A stretch of 64,000 nt of DNA from NCBI RefSeq assembly GCF_009914755.1, contig NC_060933.1. One strand, 5' to 3'. Of this stretch, positions 1 to 17,318 are shown in pieces. The notes beneath the pieces were generated by a model. That model was not told where the DNA came from. It was given only the letters and a program-made list of their open reading frames with translations, and searched no databases. Made by a program: the position numbers and the translations under genes. The stretch is from the human T2T-CHM13v2.0 reference genome, Homo sapiens. Numbering within the stretch: position 1 is the first letter of the stretch; each line of letters begins with the position of its first letter.

Positions 1-4
1 GGCG

Positions 5-58
5 CCAGCATACCTCTGCTCTCCAGCATGCCTCTGCTCTCCAGCATGCCTCTGCTCC
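5..58. repeat. Minisatellite, 3 x 18 bp (CCAGCATRCCTCTGCTCY)
   Basis: Copies at 5-22, 23-40 and 41-58. Confidence 0.85.
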
Positions 59-2652
59 TGGACCCTTCTGGCCGGACCAAACTCCATGTCATGTCTATGG
101 ACACATCCCTGGCCTCTGCCTCCTTCTGTTTCCTCCCTGTACTCAGAACATTCTCCCTCTCCTGTGCCTCCACCAGCGCTGCGGACCCTCAGCAGCCAGC
201 AGCCTCCTGGTGGTCTCTGTCCCTTTCTGAGCACACTCCCCTGTTCTTTGTTGGCATTTTCTCTCCTCCATCTCTGTCCAGGGACCCTCTTGATACCCAC
301 ATGCCTGGCTTGGCTACGCAGAGTAACATATCCACTGGTGGTAGGGGACAGCAGTGAGACACTCACAGAATCATGTTGGTGGGAGGCAGGCGGCACCACA
401 GGAGGGCCATGAGGCTTGCCATCAGGCAGGCTCGAGTTTGAATCCTAACTCTGCTGTGCCAGCTTGGGTGAGCCACTCTGCTGCTTGTTTTTCTCTTCCA
501 CAAAACCGGCACCTTATTCCTAGCTGGCTGGGTTTTGTGAAGATGAACAGGACCATGCTTGTAAAGGGCTTAGAACAGGGCCTGGCATGTAATAAGTGCT
601 CAGTAAACGGCAGCTGGTATTTGTATTATTCCCTTCATGTTGAATGGGTGTGTGAGTCAATGGGAAAGTTCTGGGCTGCATCCTCTCCAGACGATGACCT
701 GTCTGTGTTCCCATGGAGGACGTGGAAGCTGTGAAGAAAGCCCAGGCATAGCCGTCTGGGCACAGGGGGTCTGGCCAGTCCATGGAGGCAGGTGGGACAG
801 GTCCACCCCACTTGATGAGCTGTAGTTCCAGCTAGCTCCCTTTTCAGCTTTTACCCCATGCGTGAACAGCCAAGCCTAGTGTCCACAGGGCCACTTTCCC
901 TGTGTGTTTCTGTGGCCTGGGTCTCAGCTCAGAGCCCTCAGTGACTGTTGAAGCTGGTGTGGGTTTCTAAGATCCTGTGTGTTTCCAGGTAATAAGGATG
1001 GAAGAAAACTATCCAAGCAGTCTGCCGGTTCTGGCAGTGTGGTTACCCAGGAGTAGCCCCATTTGGTGCACTGGCAGAGGGCCTTTTGCAAGGGCATAGA
1101 AACACCTGGGTTTCCTCTTTGGAGGGCTGTGTGGCCAGACGATGTTTCCATGTGATGTTTCCTCGCGGCTCCCGTTTCGGCTGCCTCCTGGCCTCCCTGG
1201 CCTCTGTGCTCTGGTCTTCCTGACATTCTGGAGCCCTGGGTTTGCAGAGACAAGGCCCACAAGACAAGTGGTGAAAACAGAAGTCTGGAAGAACAAAGCC
1301 CTGAGCCAGCACAGGCACTAACCATGATTAGCAGTAGCCTAAACAGGATTGGAACGGGAGCAAAAGAATCGGCAGGGCCTCCCTCTGAGAGCCAACTTTC
1401 CAGGCCTGGAGCTGACTTAGATGGCTCGTTGGCTCCCTGGGTTGCATCTCTGTTCCTGCTGGTGAAGGCTGGGGCTCGGGTCTCTGGCAAGTAGGAAGTC
1501 CCTGCAAGTCTCCAATTTCTGCTCCATGGAGACAAGTCAAATGAAAAGGACTATCTGTTAAGTCATAGACTTGAAGCACTGTGTGACTTCGGGCAAGTAA
1601 CTTGCCCTCTCTGGGCCTCAGTTACGCATCTTTTCAAAGAAGGGAGAGAGAGGACTAGAATCTGACCCCTAGATGATCTTAAATGGCCTTCTTCCACTCT
1701 GACATGCTCTATACTTGGGAAGTTTATGGGTCAAGTGCACACAGAATCCATTTCCAAGAGGGTCAGCTGCATTTGTCAGGGAGAATGAATGGAGGTTGAA
1801 TACTTCTGTAATAGGCCTTCAGGGCTGAAGTCCTCAAGTTGGAAGCCATGGTGTTAGGAAGCTTAATTGAAGAGAAGATTCTGATTCCATGTCTCCTGTG
1901 GACTTCTTCTTCCTGATTTTCAGAGATTACAAGGATTTGCCCTCTAATTCTCTGCAGAGTAGTCATTTTGGTATAGCTGTAGCCAGGGAAACTGACCGAG
2001 AAGGACATGTGTCGTTTTTGTACCTTCTCTTCCCCACCTCGCCTTTCTTTATCAGTTTGGGAAACTTCCTAGGAAGTTTGGTATGTGACATAATCCAATG
2101 AAGGACTCAAGGAGTGAGGGCAGGTGCCAGACAAGGGCCAGGAAGAGAGGGGGCTGGAAGGAGATGGAACAGAAATAAATGGGATCGCAGGAACACAGGA
2201 AGGCAAGGGGTAGTCTCCTCTGAGGAGGCATTCATGGAAAAAATGATTCTAAATTTGGGGACTGCTGAATGACAGAAAGTACAGTCAACTTCTTTATTGC
2301 AGGATTTCTCCGAGCCTTTGATATACAGTTGTGCTTTCCGGATTGTCAAGACTGGGATGCAGGGTACAGCTCTTCCCTAATGTATCTGGCCAATTTCCTA
2401 GAAAGCATGTCCCTGGTGGGTGTGGGAAATACTACTGAAGAATTATGAGCCCAGACGTTGCCCAGGATGGAAGTACCTGCCTTCCCTGAGCCTTGGTATT
2501 CTCCATTTGTGTAATTAAACAAAGCTGCCTTTTATTTCTCTCCAGGGCTCATGCTATTGCCATTTGCTTCAAGTAAGCAAGTCATGCCAGAAAGGTTGGC
2601 CCTGCCCTTCTCCCCAGGCAACCCCAGGGCAGCTTGACACTTTGACCTTTAG

Positions 2653-3119
<467 letters not shown>

Positions 3120-3220
3120 GTTTTTTAAAGTCTAGAGTCCTGTCATATCAGGTGATATTAATTCATCTTATAAAAATATACTGGACACTTCCTGTGTGCC
3201 TGCCAGGGGCTGGAAATATA

Positions 3221-3362
3221 AGCCCGGCATGGTGGCACATGCCTGTAATCTCAGCTACTCGGGAGGCTGAGGTGGGAGGATAGCTTGAGCCCTGGAGTTC
3301 AAGTCTAGCCTGGGCAACACTGTGAGACTCTGTCTCAAAAAAAAAAATGAAAAAAAAAAAAA
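3221..3362 (+). mobile_element. Free Alu monomer (FLAM-like)
   Basis: Single ~120-bp Alu arm followed by an A-tail. Confidence 0.8.
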
Positions 3363-3622
3363 GAGTGAATAAGACAGGCATCCTTGCCCTTTAGAGACTT
3401 CGTCTAGACAGGGAAATAGGAGAGTAGACAATGACCACACATGTGAGACCTGCTGTAGTGTGGCATGTGCAGTGAGCTGCGGGAGGTGACACCCAAGCTG
3501 GGATCTAATGGATGTGTAGGAACTGACCAGGCAAAGGAGTAGTGTCTACATGATGGGAGTAGCATGTGCAAAAGCCCAGAGCTGGAGAAGGCGTTCAGGG
3601 GACCATCACTGGCGTCTGAGTG

Positions 3623-4140
3623 CTATTTCAGCTGGTTTACATTATGCTGCAAGTAACTGAAGACCCAACTCAAAATAGTTTAAACGATAAGGGGGGTTAT
3701 TCCCATATCAAGAGGCCTCAAGGAAGAGCAGTACTAGGGTTGGTGAATTCAGCATCCCAACAGTGTCTTCAGACACCCACTATTTTTCTGTTCTGCTATC
3801 CTCACGTGCTCATGGGGCTTGTTACCTTATGTGCCCAAAATGACTGCAGCAGCTCCGAGCAGTATGTCCTTACTCAACAACATATAAAGACTTGAAGAAA
3901 ACCTTCTCTGTCCCTTTGAAATGCTTTCCCAGGGTCCCTAACAGGCATCCCTCACCTCTTATTGGCCTCATTTGGGTCATATATGCATGCCTAAACCAGT
4001 CACTGGCATGGCAAATGAAATTCTCGGGATCAACTTAGATTTATCCAGATTCATGTAGGATCCTCTAAGTCCATGCCTACGTGAGCAAGCAGGAAGGAGG
4101 GATGCTGTGGGCATGTAATCACCAGTGTCTTCACCATGCC
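3623..4140 (-). mobile_element. Old MaLR LTR (MLT1-like), approximate bounds
   Basis: Resembles an MLT1 terminus (atgctgcaagtaac...aactcaaaatagtttaaac); recognised by eye only. Confidence 0.5.
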
Positions 4141-5347
4141 CACAGTGACAGAAGCTGTCGTCTAAGGTGCCCAGGGAGTCTGGGAAGAACCTAGGGTTCC
4201 AGTTATCAACCCTGGCAGACAGGTTTCCTAGATTATGTGATTCCACAGAAGCACACTATCCTAGCTTTCCTCTTGGAAATACATCCTGGGCCTGTCTGTC
4301 CCAGCCTTAGCCCTCACCACCCACCTGACACAGCTCTCTTGCCTGTGTCCCGCCTGTCTCTGGCCACGTGCCGGCCTCCCCTCTGCCTGCCTGGGGATCA
4401 GATACCCCAGGTGGCTTCGGGTGTCACTGGTGGCTGCTCCCACAGGAAGGTGAAATTGTATCATTGCCTTTGCCCATCTTGGCAAAAGCCACAGAGCAGA
4501 GCTTTAACCCTTCCTGGCCCTAGAGTGTAGGGACAGTGGGGACCATCTAGGGGAGTATTTTTGTGGCTGGCAGCAGACTGAGCCCTTGCCATGCATGAGC
4601 TTATTGAATCCTCATGCCCGGCCTGTGAGATAGGGAATATCAGCCCATGTTGCAGAAGATAAGACAGGCTCAGAGAGGCTGAGCAACTCATTCGGGGTCA
4701 TACAGCTGATAAGTGACAAGGCCAGGTTTGCACGTGGCTCTGTCTAACTCCCCCTCGTCCCCTCTGTTTTCTTTCTCCCACTTTCCATTAGGATAAAGCC
4801 AAGTTGGTAGCTGCCTTCACACAGCACTGGTTCTGGTTAAGGGGTCTCCTCTTTCCTGCCCTGTGTGGGAATTGGTCTCCCAAGCAGTCCAGCCTGGTCT
4901 TCCCGCTGACCTTTCACCCCTGGCTCTGCTGCCCATTGGCTGGGGTCTGGGGAAGGGTCTAAAGATCATGAGGCTGTAGTACAGATGGGGAGACTGAGGC
5001 CCAGAGAAGGGGAGGGGCTGGCCCCTGGTTGCTCACTGAGTCAGCATCAGATTTTGAGCTGGACCCTAGATGTTCCAATGACCAGGGCAGGGCTTTCTAT
5101 GCACTGCTTCTTCCCCGTTGACGTTGGCTAATTGATCTGTGAGAAGTGAGGCTGTGTTTGTCTATATAAGCAGGTCCTCACTGAGAGGCTGTGCCTGGAG
5201 GCCGGGAAGAGTGGGCTGCTGCTCTGATGGGGTCCTAGAGCCTGTACCTGGCCTCCTGCCTCCCGTGGGCAGGACTGGGGTGAGACTGGGACTGGTTTCC
5301 ACTCCCAGCTTCCCCAGCCGGATCCGGGTGTGAGGGGTGGAAGCTGA

Positions 5348-5503
<156 letters not shown>

Positions 5504-5626
5504 TGAGAACTCAGGGGTAGGAGACAGCCGTGCCTGTAATTGGAACTCAATGCCTCAGTTTTCCCATCAGTAGAATGGAGATGATAATTGGCAAATTCTC
5601 TTTAGGCTTGAAAGAATGACATTTGA

Positions 5627-5904
<278 letters not shown>

Positions 5905-6715
5905 AAAGAATCGCATTTGAAGTTTTTGTAAAAGGGTAGGAAGGACTCTGTGCAGAAATGTGGAAGGGTGATTCTTGTGTTCCTTTCTGGGGCAAAATTT
6001 GAGTAAGTTACTCCGGTTTTAAGCCTCAGTTGTCCCTGTTTGTCCAATGAGTGCTCTAAGAACTGCTAAAAAAAAAAAAAAGGCATTAAGCATTAACTCT
6101 CATGGCCCAAGCCTGGGATCCCATCTTCCTCTTCCCGTGAGATCCTACTTTTCCCTGCTATCCCTGAGGGGCTGTCCAGGGGGCCGGGGCAGCGATGGGC
6201 TGGCTTCACATCTGCCCAGGGAAACTGAAACCTCTCCCACATCTGTTTGTCAAGCAGCCGCATGCCTCTGAAAATAGCTGCCCTTCCCCCGCCTTCACGC
6301 CCAGCCCGTGTGCTGGGGCAGGCAGCCCGGCACGCCGGGAGTCCCTGTGGCCTGACCTGGCCACTCGGCAGGGATTGGGCCCCTGGGAGGGCAGGGCTGT
6401 GCCCGGAAGAGACTTCTGCTGCCCAGCAACATTTTGTGCAAATGTCATATTTTCCAAGCTTGCTGTTTCCCCCACAAAGTAGGTGAACAGCTGTCCAGAG
6501 TCCTGAGTCAGTCACTGGGGCGGGGGGCGGGGGGAGAGGCTGGAGCTGTGTGGAGCCAGGTTTATGTAATGAAGGGATCTTGTGGGGGCCAGCTGGCAGG
6601 CTCCTTCTATCTTGGCGTTGGGCTGAATTCATTCCCCTATCCCCCATCTCTTCACCCTTGATGGGGTGCTGGATGTGTCTCCACCCTGCTTTCCGACAAG
6701 CCTGGGAGGCCCCAG

Positions 6716-6960
6716 GCAGAATAGCATCATGGCTAAGCACAAAGACCCCAGAGTCAGGTGGCCTGGGTTCAAACCTTGGCTGTGCCTTTTTTAAGCTGCA
6801 AGTTATTCCCTCTGACTCTTCTGAGCCCCCTCTATAAAGTGAGGATAATAAAGAGTACCTGCTCCATAGATTGCTGAGAGAATCAAGTGAGATCATGCCT
6901 GTAAAGTATTTGGTATCTAGTAAGTGCTCAACAAGTATTAGTTTTTCTTATTGCTGTTAA
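6716..6960 (+). mobile_element. MIR (one example of the many MIR relics in the window)
   Basis: gagtcag...ctgggttcaaac...ctctgactcttctgagcc...taagtgctcaacaa, MIR core layout. Confidence 0.7.
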
Positions 6961-7949
6961 TTAGTTACCTGAAAAGTTTGGGCAAGAACAGCCCTTTCCT
7001 ATGCCCTGCAGGGCTCACAGTGGTCTGACTCATAGCAGCTCTGTGCTGGTCACATTTGCCAGGTGTCAGGGCTTGAGACTTTGCCCTTTAGCTGCAGATG
7101 GTCTTTGGGGGACACCTGGAGACTGCTGGTTGTCAGCTTAGAAACCCACCCAGTGGATAGGGGAAACCTCACCCATGCTGCCTGGCCCAGCCAGTTGTGA
7201 CTCTCTTTGGGTGAGTGCAGGTTAGCCCTAAATTCCATGTGTGGAGAAAGATGTGAGCAGGCCTGAGGGGCCCTCCGGGGGTTGTTGAGCAGGGACTAAA
7301 GGAAGGACCAAGTGGCTTCCTGCCCTTACCTCTTGTCCAACCAAATGGCTCCTCCCATTCTAAGTCCCAGTCTATAGTGAATAATAGTGAATAGTATTTC
7401 ATGATAATAAGAGGGTTTCAGTGACTAAAACATATACCACTAAGAGAATCCTTAATCAGTAGTTTATTTTAGCTTAGAACCTGAGGACAGACAGATGGGA
7501 GAAAGGATGGGAAAGAGGAGTTTGAAATGAAATGAAAGCCCCTTGGGTCCTAAGGAAGAATAAAGGTCTTAAACTCAAGCCAACCTGAACCAGCAACACA
7601 GAGCTATAGAATTCTTAGAACATTGTAACACCTGTGCTATCTCAAGATCTGTTTCTCTTGTCTTACAGGCAGGGAATTGAGGCCCAAGGGTCAGTAAGAC
7701 ACTTAAGCAGAGTTACTCAATGTGGGGCTTGGGTGAAGATGATGAGGAAGATGACCATTTCATCCTCCTAACAACCCTATGGTGTAGGCGCACTTTATAG
7801 CCCTGTTTTACAGTGGAGGGAACTGAGGCTCACTGCTGGTCTTCTCAGGCTCTAAATTTTGGCCTTCTGACTCCAGAGTCTGCTATAGAACCATTATAAC
7901 ATGCTGCCAGCACTCAGGTTCTCAATTTCCCCCAGGGAACTGTCCTTCT

Positions 7950-9150
7950 ATCCATTCATCCACCCATTCATCTGCCTATCCATTTACCCATCCATTTATC
8001 TATCCATCATCCATCCATCCATCCATCCATTCATCCATCCATCCAATATCCATCCATCCATCCATTCATCTGCCCTTTCATCCACCCATCCATCCATTCA
8101 TCCATTTATCTATCCATTCACCCATCCATCCATCTATCTACCAATTCATCTACCTATCCATCCATCCATTCATCCACCCACCCATCCATCCATCCATCCA
8201 GCCAGCCATTATCCATGCATCCATCTATTCATCTATTCATCCATCCATCCATCCATCCACCCATCCATACATTTATCTGCCTATTCATCTACTATCCATT
8301 TATCCATCCATTTATCCATCCATCCATCCATCCATCCATCCATCCATCTACCCTTTCATCCACCCATCCATCCATTCATCCATTTATCTATTCATTCGTC
8401 CATTATACATCCATCCATCTACCAATTCATCTACCTATCCATCCATCCATTCATCCACCTACCCATCCATCCAGCCAGCCAGGCATTATTTATCCATCCA
8501 TCCATCCATCCATCCATCCATCCATCAATCCATCCACCAATTCATCTACCTATCTATCCATCAATTCATCCATCCACCCATACAGCCAGCCAGCCATCAT
8601 CCATCCATCTATCCATCCATCCATCCATCCATCCCTTCATCTATTCATCCATCCATTCATCCATCCATTTATCCATCCATCCACCAATTCATCTACCTGT
8701 CCATCCATTCATTCATCCACCCACCATCCATCCAGCCAGTCATTATCCATCCATTCATCTATCTATCCATCCATCCCTTCATCTATTCATCCATTTATCC
8801 ATCCATCCGTCCATCCATCTACCTGTTCACCTGCCCATTTATCCATCCATTTATCTATTCATCCATCCATCCATTTTTCTATCCATCCATCCATTCATTT
8901 ATCCATCCATCCATCTGTCCATCCATCCATCCATCCATCCATCCATCCATCTATTCATCTATTCATCCATCCATCTATACATCCATCTACTCATCTATCC
9001 TTTCATGCATCCATGTATCCATCCATCAATCCATCCATCCATCCATCCATCCATCCATCCATCCACCCACCTATCCATTTATCCATTCATCCATCCATCC
9101 ATTCATCTATCCATCCATCCATCCATCCATCCATCCATCCATCCATCCAT
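7950..9150. repeat. Degenerate (TCCA)n tetranucleotide array, ~1.2 kb
   Basis: Continuous ATCC/ATTC/ATCT units. Confidence 0.97.
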
Positions 9151-9919
9151 CTCCCAGTTGTCAGCTGAGGGCCAAATGCCAAGTGTTGCATTCAGCCCCC
9201 AGCACAACCTTTGCAGGGGGTGATAGGGAGAGAGCATTCAGTACTCAGGGCCTATCTTGCTGAGCTTAGGGGAAGGGCCCTGAGGACCTGACCCAGACTC
9301 AGATTCCAGAGGCAGCTTTTCCTTCCCTGCTGAGTCAGAGCTCAGGAGCCTGCTTTGCCAACACTGGCAGCTCAGCTGACTGAAGGGGTCTAATGACCTG
9401 GGAGGGGAAAGGTCAGGAAGCCTTTCCATAAACACTCTGGAAGCCCTCCTTTTCTTTTGCTCTGGCAAGCCCTGCTGACATAATTATTGGGCGGATGTGA
9501 CCTGGCCAGACCACAGTCAGATATCCATACGCTTTGCCAGGGGACAGAGGTTGCAGGGATGCTTTGATTGCTTCCTCTCCTCTCCCCAGAGTCCTGTGGG
9601 GAGAAGGAGGAGTCAGCGGAAATGCCATCACCCTTCTGATAGCAGATGGCAGCCCCGTAGCCTGCTAGAGACACCTCGGGAGTGGGAAGGGGAATGGGTG
9701 GGTCCCTGAGGAGATGGTGAAACCTGTCAGACCCCTAGGACATCTTTACCAAGCTCTGGTGACAGGTCTATTCTTGTCATCCTGGTCCCTCACTTATGGG
9801 GCTGCTTCCTGGAGGAGATGGCTTTCCAGGTGGAGAAAAAGGAGTATAACGTGTCATTGTTGGGCAGCCTCTAACACTCTCAGCAACAGCATTTGGTTAT
9901 TATCATTATTTTTAGTATT

Positions 9920-10130
9920 AGTTATTATTTGAAAGGGCTTCTTTTGTACCAGGCACTTAAAAATAAATGTATTCATCATGTAATTGTTACATCCTTCTGA
10001 GGTTGGGACTGTTACTATCCCATTTAATAGATGGGAAAACTGAGGCACTAAAGTCACAAGATTAGTAAGTGTTAGAGGTAGGATTTGAACTCAGGAAGTT
10101 TGGCTCCAGAGTCTGTTTTTTAACCCCAAC
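9920..10130 (-). mobile_element. MIR
   Basis: cccattt...agatgggaaaactgaggcac...ggatttgaactcagg. Confidence 0.7.
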
Positions 10131-10295
10131 ATGCAAGATTATGCAGCCAGATAAGGGGTCACAATCCCTGCCAGATAGTTCCAACGCTGCCCTCTCAGCC
10201 ACCACCATGGGGCGGTGTCATTTTTAGATGAATGAACAAAGGACCAGGTAGCTGTGGGTGGACGGTCCACATTGCCTGTGCCCCTTAGGGGGTAG

Positions 10296-12332
<2,037 letters not shown>

Positions 12333-14130
12333 TGATCCGCTGGGACAGACTCAAGTCTGGTGGCTACCCCCAGGTGAAGAGCATCCCTGGGCTTTGGTTG
12401 GCCCAGGTCCAAGCCCGTTCTTTGCTAACCCAGCTGCAAAGCTCGAACAGCTTAAGGAAGGCCCGTAGCTGACTGGCTCCAGATCATGCAGTGAGTAAGC
12501 AGCTTCCAAAGCCCCGTTCTCCCAGCTCATGGAGCAGGGGTCCTTCTGGCCCATCAGCTTGTCTGAGAGTTGCAGACAAAGGTCACACATGGGGAGCTCT
12601 GGATATGTTTTGTTTGGCACGTGCAGTGTTCTTTTTTAAAAATCCAATAACTTACTAACATTTTAAAAATGTGAGAGATTTCTTATAAAAAGACTCAGCA
12701 ACCAACTTCTCTTGGAAAGTGGGAGATGCGATGGTGCTTGAGCCACCCCGTTAGGACAAGTCCACTCCTGTCTGTGCTGGTCCCCACTTCTCCTGACTGA
12801 GTCTTCCGACCAGTCCTTTCACCCGTTTATGTTACCTGCCTGCCTGGCACCTGCAGGGGTTTGATTTGTAACCCCCGGTAGGAGTTTGGGGTGCAGAAGG
12901 TCAGCGTGGGCCAGAAGGAAGAGGAAGGGAGAAGAAAGAACACGATTTGCAGGATGGTCTCAGGGTCGATGCCTCCGGCTTGCCTGGGACCGTCTCTAGG
13001 GGCAACGACCTTCCCACAGCTGGAGGCCAATTCCTCCGGGTGGGGAATGATGGGATGGCGTTTCCAGAAGGCTCAGGGCTCTGCTCTGTTCTCCCGCCTT
13101 GGAGATGACCACCGTGTGGTGGCCTCTCTCTCTCCTTCCTGAAGCCGGCTCTCCCACTGGGCTCTGTGTTTGAGGTTAGGGCTCCCTACAATGTGGAGAC
13201 AGTGGCAGATGCTGGGAATTCCCAGGCCTTCCAAACACACTTAATGAGTTTTAATAATCATTAGGAATAATATTTATCCAGCCTGTCTCCAAGGGGACGG
13301 AGAGTCTGCCTTTATTATAACCATATTGTCGAACTTATGGAAACTGTATGCATTGCTTTGCAATTATGTCAACGTTCTGCTCAAGTTCCGTGTTCTGAAA
13401 TTGGCAGCGTAGAGAGTTGGGAGCCACCACTTTCTTGTGGAAAGAACGAGGAACCCTTTTCACCTCTCCAGCCAACCCAGGCCAACTCTGGCACCAGGTG
13501 CCTTGGGGCCCTGACAGCTCAGCTTCCCACGCTGTGTGCGTGCTGGGCTCAATGGCGGTGAGGTCAAAAGGGGAATTGCCCCCTCCTGACATGGTGAGGT
13601 CCATGGTCTCAATTCTGGCCACACAGCACAACCCAGCCCTGAGGAGGAGGCCGGCCCTCCCTCCCAAGAATTTGTGTGGTGTGGAGAGAGGAGCGGAGCT
13701 GGCCCAGGGCAGATTCTATAGTATCTTGGGTCTGCTGTATGTCTGAGTCAAATACTTTTTCCTGGGGCTTGGGGCTCTGGGTCAGCAGGAAGCGAGGCCT
13801 CCTTCCAAATCTCTTTGAAAAAGAGGAGGCACTGAAATGAAACTGGTCAGTCAGTGGTTGCTTGGGATGACTTAGTTCAACTTTCCTCATTGGGCAGGTG
13901 AGGAAATTGCGCTCAGAGAGGGCCAGGACCTGCCCAAGGCCACGCAGCACGGAGGAGGTGGAGTTGAAGTTTACATTCCAGACTGTAGCCTCCAAGACTA
14001 GCACGTTCCATCCCACTGCCCTGAGTGTCCACTCTGAGGCTCTGGGACTCAGATCTGGGGGACTGGGGGCTTCAGACAGGAGTCACTACTGTCCCTGGCC
14101 TCAAAGGAAGGGCTCAACATCTAAAGAATC

Positions 14131-14432
<302 letters not shown>

Positions 14433-15042
14433 TAAAGAAGCTTCCGATTCGATAACCCATCAAGTTTATGAGCTGCTTCCACAGGCGCGGTGTCTCCTTT
14501 AGGACCTCATGAAAACTGGTTGAGGAGGGCAGGCTGTGTGTGTTCATCCCTGCCCCACAGATGATCCAAGAGGGGTTGGAAAGAGATAAAGGACCCCGCC
14601 AAAGGCTCCCAGCGTGTTCCTGAAGGAGCTGGGATGCAACTTGTGGTCCCTGACTTCTGGCCAGGGCTGAGGCTCTTTCTGCTCCTTCAGCCCTGACTAC
14701 TGAGGACAAGGGGAAGACACCAACCTGCCCGGGTGACATCCCTGTCTCAGGCCCCATGCTATCCCCTGTCCCCACCCTAGGAGGAACCCGGAAGCTGGTA
14801 GAATCTTTGTCCACTGTGTAGCAGATGGCAACCTGGTCACTTCTTCACCAGATACCAGAATAATGTAATGGAAGAGGCATCTTTGAACGGTGATGAAATG
14901 AACTCTCATTCTTTCTGGCCTCTGCTGTCTTCCCTTGACCCCCATATATATCCAGGATCTAAGCCCAGCAGAACAGAAGCTCCAGCTGCCCAGGAGAAGA
15001 GCTTAATTGTCCCCCATCCAGGCACATGCAGACTTGGGTTCA

Positions 15043-15898
<856 letters not shown>

Positions 15899-16593
15899 TT
15901 ATTTATTCACGATCAGGCCACTGGCATTTGCCCGTGCTTGCACTTTTTGCAAATGTCCCCTCGGGAAGACGCCGCTAAGGGCCTGGCCCACACCACGTGC
16001 TCTGTGACTATCTATCTATGAAATGAACAAAAGAATTTGATCCTTAAGAAATGCAGGTCGTCCTGACTCCCAGGCGGGGTTCCTTGAGGTTACCCAGAAC
16101 TCTCCTGCCAGGGAGATGAGGAGGCCATGTGGACTGCAAAAGAACATAGGCTTTGGATTTGGGACAACCTGGATTTGAACCATTCCCTTATTCAGCCATC
16201 CATTCATTCTTTGCACAATTGTTAACTGAACGTCCTGTAGATGCCTGGTGCTGTATGACCTTTGGCAAATCACTTAACCTCTCTAAGCCTCAGTTTCTGC
16301 CTCTATAAAATGGGGATACGGTGCCACCTACCTTTCCAGGGTCGTTACATGGATTCAGTGAGATGCGGGGGTCGGGGGGAGGGGAGTAAAGCACATATGA
16401 AACCTGGGTCCTGGTAGATTGTCATGGCTGTGATTGTGGACTGATGGTGGGTGTTGAGGTGGGGACTTTGGTGCACTGAGAGAACTGGGAGGGTCTGGAC
16501 ATAGTCTCACATTTGCTTGGAGAACTGTGCTATGAAAATACTAACCTGGGGTTAGTCGGTGGAGCAGGGACAGCAGGGAGCCTGAATGGATAA

Positions 16594-16878
<285 letters not shown>

Positions 16879-17318
16879 CAGGCAGGGCCCAGACTCACTG
16901 GGGAGAGTTAAAGGAACAGACTATTTACGGAGGGGTGGACAGCATCAAGGGAACCAGCAGAGGCAGGTGAAACACAAGGGGCCTGGAAACTGCAGGAAAT
17001 TGTTACCACACCCAGACCAGAAGGTCCCAGGGAAAGATGTTCCCAGAACCCAATAAGAGTTAAAACCTTGAGCAGGGGTCTCCTCACAGAAGCAGGGGCC
17101 ATGGGCGAATACAGCTGCAGCCAAATTATAGCACAGCAGAGAGGGCACAGGGAGAGAAATATACCCTGTCCTCCCTTCTGTGCACTCTCTTCCTGGGGTC
17201 TCCCATTGGCCAAACCCAGCTGGAAGCCAGAGGTCAAGGAAGGCCAGGGTATAATCTGTAGAAGTCAGCTTCCCAGGGCACGGCACAGATCTGGGGAGTA
17301 AATGGAGAAGAACCAGCA
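16879..17318 (-). mobile_element. LTR33-like (ERVL) LTR
   Basis: Minus strand tgctgg..ctccatttactccccagatct...ctctggcttccagctgggtttggccaatgggag resembles the LTR33 5' consensus as recalled. Confidence 0.6.

Noticed and set aside
6093-6896. 267-aa minus-strand ORF and other 100-220-aa ORFs (924-1535, 15251-15862, 17522-18181, 53519-54118)
   Set aside because: They overlap MIR/Alu or GC-rich intron, show no recognisable domain, and are expected by chance at this GC content.
7901-9223. 440-aa and 317-aa His/Pro/Ser/Ile-rich ORFs
   Set aside because: They are translations of the (TCCA)n array, which rarely creates stop codons. No coding signature.
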